Source: Eledone cirrhosa (taxonomy: Eukaryota). Taken from it: a stretch of DNA of 64,000 nucleotides. A program made the position numbers and the translations under genes. The notes below the pieces were generated by a model. The model had not been told where the DNA came from. It saw nothing but the letters and a program-made list of their open reading frames with translations, and ran no database searches. Below, in pieces: positions 57,664 to 64,000 of this stretch; position 1 is the stretch's first letter; every line of letters begins with the position of its first letter. The stretch is from contig OZ024742.1 of NCBI GenBank assembly GCA_964016885.1, positions 304,544,001-304,608,000 on the forward strand, given 5' to 3'.

Positions 57664-58434
57664 AAATAGTAATCAGTAATACATTGTTCTATACTCTCTC
57701 ATCTTTACCATCATTGAATATTGAAAGACTAACATATTCTAAATGAAGGAATTATTTTACGAAAGAAACAGCATATTCTCTATCATATAGATACTTAGCA
57801 TTTTTATTCAACGAGCAAATATGTGGGCTTTTGCGTACTTTATAATGACGTTAGAAATAGCAGAGTAATATGTCCCAAATCAATTATCTTACCGTCTTAA
57901 ACACCGCAGAACACATTGGATAATATATTGCTAGATATACATAAAAATACTGGATGATAATGGTCGGAATATTTTGGATTCTATGTCTACTCTATCAAAA
58001 CTGACCTTTGGCCAAATATCAAGTTTATTCAAGTCTATATCTACCAAATCAAATTTGAAGACAAAAATATGTATATTTACAGAAAACGAAGAGATTTGCT
58101 TATTTTAGTCTTAGATTTGCTTATTTTTGTCTTTATTCATTACTATATATATATAATGTTACAGCGAAATTCGCGAGTATAGCAAGTAAGCGACACGCAA
58201 GAGTATCTTTAAATCCTATTTCTACTTTGAAATCCCATTTGAAATGTCTTTTACATCTTTCTGTTCAACACTATTACAGCACAATATAATATTGAAACTA
58301 TTAAAATTATAGGAACTTGAATTCATATATTCAATCCATTTAAACATCTGCATATGGTAGTATGTGATAAAAAATTAGGAATGCATCTAATACTCCTTAC
58401 AGAACAAAAACCAAGAGGTACTGCGAGAACAGGG

Positions 58435-58476
<42 letters not shown>

Positions 58477-59799
58477 AGAAGTGAGTGAAACATAAATAAG
58501 AAAATGATGAAAGTCAAGGGCAAATATAAAGCAATAATATATTGATGGAGAAGGCTCCACCAAACTCCAACATGTTCAATACACCCCACACCATTATACC
58601 ACCATTCGATTCTCTACTTTTCACTTTCTCTATATGTATTCTTTCACATGACTATCTCCCCCACTCTCTCTATTTACCTCAAACTTCTATTCTTCTACTT
58701 AGTTCTTAGTCGTATTTTTAACATAAGTATTTCTCTATCATTCACACAGTTATTTGATATCCTATATACATACATTTATGTATCTTATGAGTCTGAATGC
58801 ATGTATTTATATGCACTTATACATATATGTGCGTAGAAGACTTATAAACAGCATATAATTAATGTCTCTATTTCAGTACATTTTCTTTCCAATTAGAAAA
58901 AAAGCATTTAATTTTAACAGTTTACTTTACTGCAATCTCCAATCCGACCTATTTAGCTGTATATTAAACCCACCTCGACATTTCTCCTGAATATTGACAT
59001 TTTTTTATTTTTTATCCTCTCCGATTAAAGCTCATTCTCCATTCTAACTTATTTTTCTATATAATCCTCGTGTATTCCGCCATCTCCCTCTCCCTCTTCC
59101 TCTATTCTTCTTTTATCATGTACTCCGTCTCGCCCGGAATTTTAATACTTCTTCCTTCTCTTTTACATTTTCTTAAACACTCCACTCTCACTTTCTTTCT
59201 TTCTTTCATACACACGCACGCATACGCCCTCTTTCTCTCTTTTCGTCTCTTTCCAATCCTGTTCATTCAGCCATTGCTTTCCTGCTTCATGACCTCCAAC
59301 AGTGAACACTAATCTACAGAAATCACGACGCTACGTATTCCCACCTCCATCTCTAAAATACACCCACCACCATTTCCTGCACCATCTATTCGCAGGATGA
59401 CGCGTGACCTCTGCTAAATCAAAAGTGCCGCGATGAGCTCAACTTCATGAAGATAGCAGAAAAAAATTGATTAAAACGATTTTTTTCATTAGATATTTAT
59501 CAGAATCTCTACCAATTTTCGAAACTCCTGCATATAGCCACATGTATTATTGTAAAATATAAAGATTTGTAGGTGAATAGATAAAGCGATAGTTTACGAC
59601 TGGATAGATGGTATATATATATATATATATATATATACATGGTGATCCTCTGCATTTTCCTTCTACTATTTTCAACTACAATTATTAATCAACCCGAGAT
59701 TATAGTTGACACATACCCAAATTTCAGCACCGGGGGAAAATGCAGAAACACGTAGTTTCGTGGGGAGCTTATTAAGCACATTGATATGTTTGCAGGCTG

Positions 59800-60109
59800 T
59801 AATAATTGTTTCTACTTTTGGCACAAGGCCAGCAAATACCCAGTGTATTACTGGTACTTTATTTTATCGACCCCGTAAGGATGAAAGGCAAAGTTAACCT
59901 CAGCGGTAATAATTGTTTCTACTTTTGGCACAAGGCCAGCAATTACCCAGTGCATTACTGGTACTTTATTTTATCGACCCCGTAAGGATGAAAGGCAAAG
60001 TCAACCTCGGCGGGATTGACTTTGCCTTTCATCCTTACGGGGTCGATAAAATAAAGTACCAGTAATGCACTGGGTAATTGCTGGCCTTGTTAACCTCGGC
60101 GGTAATAAT
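59800..60109. mobile_element. Rearranged SINE cluster: tandem copies plus a perfect 75-bp inverted repeat
   Basis: Copies at ~59800-59905 and ~59907-60015; arms 59930-60004/60016-60090. Confidence 0.9.
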
Positions 60110-60111
60110 GA

Positions 60112-60490
60112 TCGTTAATATTGCGGGTCTGCGCGCGCCCTATGTTTATCAGGAGGACCCCGAAAGTCATATAGTGAGGAGCTCACTCGAGTAATAGAGC
60201 ACAAAGACGAACTCATCATCGGTTCGGAAACAAAGGCAAATGGACATAAACATGAATATCTAGCGGGTGGGGATATTATGACTGATTTCCTTCTTGGGAG
60301 GCTGCAACTAGACAAGGATTCAAAAAAGGGAAGACAATATGATCTCCTTCTAAAGAAACGAAGAAAAATCAATTGCAGGACAAGACTGGCAGTCAATGCC
60401 TGCAAATACAGTCACTGCAGACAGGGCTCTCTCTTCTATGTGTGTTTCGATATCCACAGCAGTGTTTTCCGAAGAAAGTATTAGATCGAA
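60112..60490 (+). pseudogene. RTE (BovB-like) LINE 3' relic
   Basis: Across frames: TPKVI, ELTR, NRAQRRTHHRF, MDINMNI, SWEAATRQGFKKG, KKRRK and CKYSHCRQ...H, matching the RTE C-terminal order ending in a C2HC-like finger. Confidence 0.6.
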
Positions 60491-61019
60491 GAATGTATTT
60501 CCAAGTCCATGATTAAAGGATGTTAAATATTTAACAAGACAAAACTATGCGAACAAAAATATAGACAAATACAACATTAAATTTGTTCTTCTCCTCCACA
60601 TGAAATGACGAAATTAGTAAACCTACAACAGATCTACCAAATATGAAACGCTTTCTTTAGAAAATTCAAGGTACAAAACACTTTCCCTCATAAACATATA
60701 AACACACGTACACAAAAATGCATAAAACTTGAGGGCATGTCTATAAATAGACACATAATATATTATGTGGATTGGTAAGAATATAGGTATGAAGGCAGTA
60801 AGTAAACATATTGGCAACTAAGTAGCTGTGTACAATGAATTGAATAATTGTGGATGTGTAGGTGTTACATAAAGAATATTACGCATGGGTGTATTAAGTA
60901 TTTACATGTAGACATGTCATATAAGTGGATATAATTTTAAATTTACTTGAACAAAAGAGCATTAAGTCTTGAATATTGCGTTACATAGTCAACACACGAA
61001 ATCACTATTATTATTTGGA

Positions 61020-61557
61020 TTGGGCGGTGAATTGGCAGTATCAGTAGAGGGTCGGACACCATACATTTCAGCATAGAGTTACACCCCTTTACGGTCTGAG
61101 TTGAAATGCCGCCGAGGTTAACTTTGCCTTTCATCCTTATGGGGTCGATAAATAAAGTACCAGTTATGCACTGGGATAATTGCTGGCCTTGTGCCAAAAG
61201 TTGAAACAATTATTTGAGTTGGAAGTTTCGGGAGGGCGCCAGACAATATGCGTTGCCGCATAGTTACGATTCTGAGTTCGAATCCGGCCGAGGCTAGCTT
61301 TACCTTTAATCGTTACTGTGTCGATAAAATAAGGTACCAATGACACGCTGGGGTCGATTTAATCAACTTTTCCCTCCCCACATTGTGCCTGAAGTAGAAG
61401 CAATTTTTATCAGAGAAGTTCAAATTCTTTAGGGGTTAATTTTGCCTTCCATCCTTCAGGGGTCGATCAAATGAAGTACCGTTCAGTTACTAGGGTTGTG
61501 GTAAACAAATTTCCCCCTTCTCAGAAATTACTAATCTTGTGCATGAATTAGAAATCC
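61020..61557 (+). mobile_element. Three adjacent SINE copies (Deu/Nin-like domain)
   Basis: tttgcctttcatcctt-ggggtcgat-aaa motif or a variant at ~61122, ~61298 and ~61441. Confidence 0.8.
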
Positions 61558-61614
61558 GTACACACACACACACACACACACATACACAAACACACGCACA
61601 CATATATATATAAT

Positions 61615-61848
61615 GTGAGCCTAGAAATCTATCAGGACGGAGTTTATCTGTACCCGGTGTGTAATGGACTCTTAGTTGGGACACCAACTTGCCCACGTTT
61701 AATCTCATACTACTTCTGATGCTCAGTTGACAATGTGTTGGAGAAGCGAAGAAGTTAATACCTTGATGAAGTAGAGAATACGCCGCACGATTAGGTAATG
61801 AAATTATATGATCACGAGGTAAGCTCCACACCCACTAGGCCATCTTCA
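61615..61848 (-). mobile_element. Highly degenerate CORE-like SINE
   Basis: Layout parallels 34440-34690 (cccggt...gaaattatatgatcacgag...cccactaggcca). Confidence 0.45.
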
Positions 61849-61934
61849 CATATATACCTGTATAAAATTTTTCAACCGATTAGGCAGTTAACGTAATGTT
61901 TATCTTTATAAACTAAAGAACGTACACACCTGTG

Positions 61935-61970
<36 letters not shown>

Positions 61971-61977
<7 letters not shown>

Positions 61978-62407
61978 TAACAGATTGAAGTTTAAGCAAA
62001 TAATCGCTGCTTTCACCCTTATAGGGATCTTCTGAAACTAACAAAGTCAATCTGTGAACGCAGAAGTGAATATTTCAAAAAACGTATTTTCTTTGTAGAA
62101 ATATTTAAATGTTGTTTCTGCATGATGAATATAAGTCAATAGAGTGCTCAACCGAGCATATTCATTATGCAGAAACATCTGAATATTTCTACAGAGAACA
62201 TACGTTTTTTCAATATTCACTTCTGCGTTCACAGATTGACTTTGTTAGTTTCAGAAGATCCCGTTAAGGGTGAAAGCAGCGATTCTTTGCTTAAACTTTA
62301 ATCTATTATTTCAATAAATATTTGCTCTACGGTTCTTATATATTTGATATATATTTATCCTTATCGAGCCCTCTTTGGATTTTAGTCTTCAAATTTATTA
62401 TTATTAC

Positions 62408-62408
<1 letters not shown>
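61971..62408 (+). mobile_element. Fold-back element, family C (~160-bp inverted arms plus ~90-bp tail) in (TA)n
   Basis: Arms 61971-62132/62158-62315; tail 62316-62408 recurs inverted at 63397-63519 and 47690-47718. Confidence 0.85.
62231..62305 (+). ncRNA. Variant type I hammerhead-like motif
   Basis: AGAUUGA-bulge-AGUUU / CAGAAGA / u CCC guuaa GGG u / GAAAGCA..UGCU-U / AAACU-UUAAUCU; all three stems present, but the core has U4A and U17. Confidence 0.55.
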
Positions 62409-62472
<64 letters not shown>

Positions 62473-62473
62473 C

Positions 62474-62522
<49 letters not shown>

Positions 62523-62528
<6 letters not shown>

Positions 62529-63231
62529 TATGAAGAGAGAAGAAACATTTAGATATAATTAGTAATAAAATGTATCATACCTAAACTGTTCCTAAATTCC
62601 TCGACTACGTAGTTTCGTGGCATAAACAAAAACAATATATCAAAGATATAGAGTCCTTGCGAGGTCTGCCGACTTATCAAGAGGATACCTCATTTTACTA
62701 GTCTCAAGAACGCGTCTACACGACGTGAGAAAGAATCCCAAAAGGCGGAGGGGGAGATAGTCACGCGATATAACGGTCGAGAAACAGAGCTAAGCCTCCT
62801 ATAACCACGAAAAAAATACCACGGAGGCGGAAGGGGCATTCATATCGAGGCCGTAGAAGAGGTAGTGAAGAAGGCGAGAAGTATGAGTAATGGAAGCTTT
62901 CCAGTTGTCCCCACACTTCAAAGATTGCTCGACCAGAGGGAGTTATTAATACATTTAGAAACACACAGATACATGCGGACACACACATATATACATGAAT
63001 GCATCCGCACCCAACTGTGAGTTAAGGGTGCCAACTTCACCGATGTTGCTCAATGAATGACTGGGACAGACCAATTCAGTTTGAACCAGACTGAACCAGT
63101 ATCAGAGTTAAAAATACATTATGAAGAGAGAAGAAACATTTAGATATAATTAGTAATAAAATGTATCATACCTAAACTGTTCCTAAATTCCTCGACTACG
63201 TAGTTTCGTGGCATAAACAAAAACAATATAT
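62523..63231 (+). mobile_element. Degenerate PLE insertion with ~118-bp terminal direct repeats
   Basis: 62523-62640 identical to 63114-63231; interior has GIY-YIG-like relics (CEVC, KNASTRREKE, YNHEK../HGG, VMEAF) with stops and frameshifts; (TA)n on both sides. Confidence 0.55.
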
Positions 63232-63234
63232 ATA

Positions 63235-63281
<47 letters not shown>

Positions 63282-63286
63282 ATATA

Positions 63287-63519
<233 letters not shown>

Positions 63520-63909
63520 TCTTGATAATTTCAATGATGCCGCCCCACTGTTATACTAAATCACTCAATGTAAATAATTAAGAACTCTTCCATCGAAATG
63601 TGAACTAAAAAAGATGACTTAACAGTTTACAAAATATTCATTGTAATACTTTTATATTTTAAATAATAATTGTTACTATTTAACTAGTTATGTCAAGAAC
63701 ATTAGCAATGATATCAGAGATGCATATGAAGTAGACAATGATGATGGTAAGTATTATAAAGATTAAGATATCATAATGGTCAAGACGGTGACAAAGACGA
63801 TGCGTAATCATATTTCTAATGCTTACTTTTATAATAATCAGACGACGATAATAAATAAGATACTTATGATAATGTTAAGAATAGTCAGTATAATCAATCA
63901 TAGGGATAT

Positions 63910-63943
<34 letters not shown>

Positions 63944-64000
63944 AGGAAGGCGTGGGGAATTTGGTGAAACATAATGAGGATGGATGATGACACCTGCTAA

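Overview
AT-rich, microsatellite-dense eukaryotic DNA. The SINE types and (TA)n density suggest a cephalopod mollusc such as Octopus (inference). I find no intact host protein-coding gene, and almost all ORFs in the track are microsatellite artefacts. Recognisable content: a frameshifted Penelope-like element (PLE) with a C-terminal GIY-YIG endonuclease (31933-33230), a second degenerate PLE relic, three RTE LINE relics, a mariner relic, a Tc1/mariner-type MITE pair, a non-autonomous Helitron and many tRNA-derived SINEs. The main discovery is a 4-copy tandem array (39601-40694) of ~237-bp units separated by (TA)n. Each unit carries an identical, complete type I hammerhead ribozyme on the minus strand with a palindromic mini stem III, which fits a non-LTR retrozyme or PLE pseudo-LTR array able to release 281-289 nt monomers. 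At least four other short (TA)n-embedded families carry whole, variant or half hammerhead motifs, usually inside fold-back structures. Together these point to a (TA)n-targeting PLE/hammerhead system. All structures were folded by eye, and SINE and relic boundaries are approximate.
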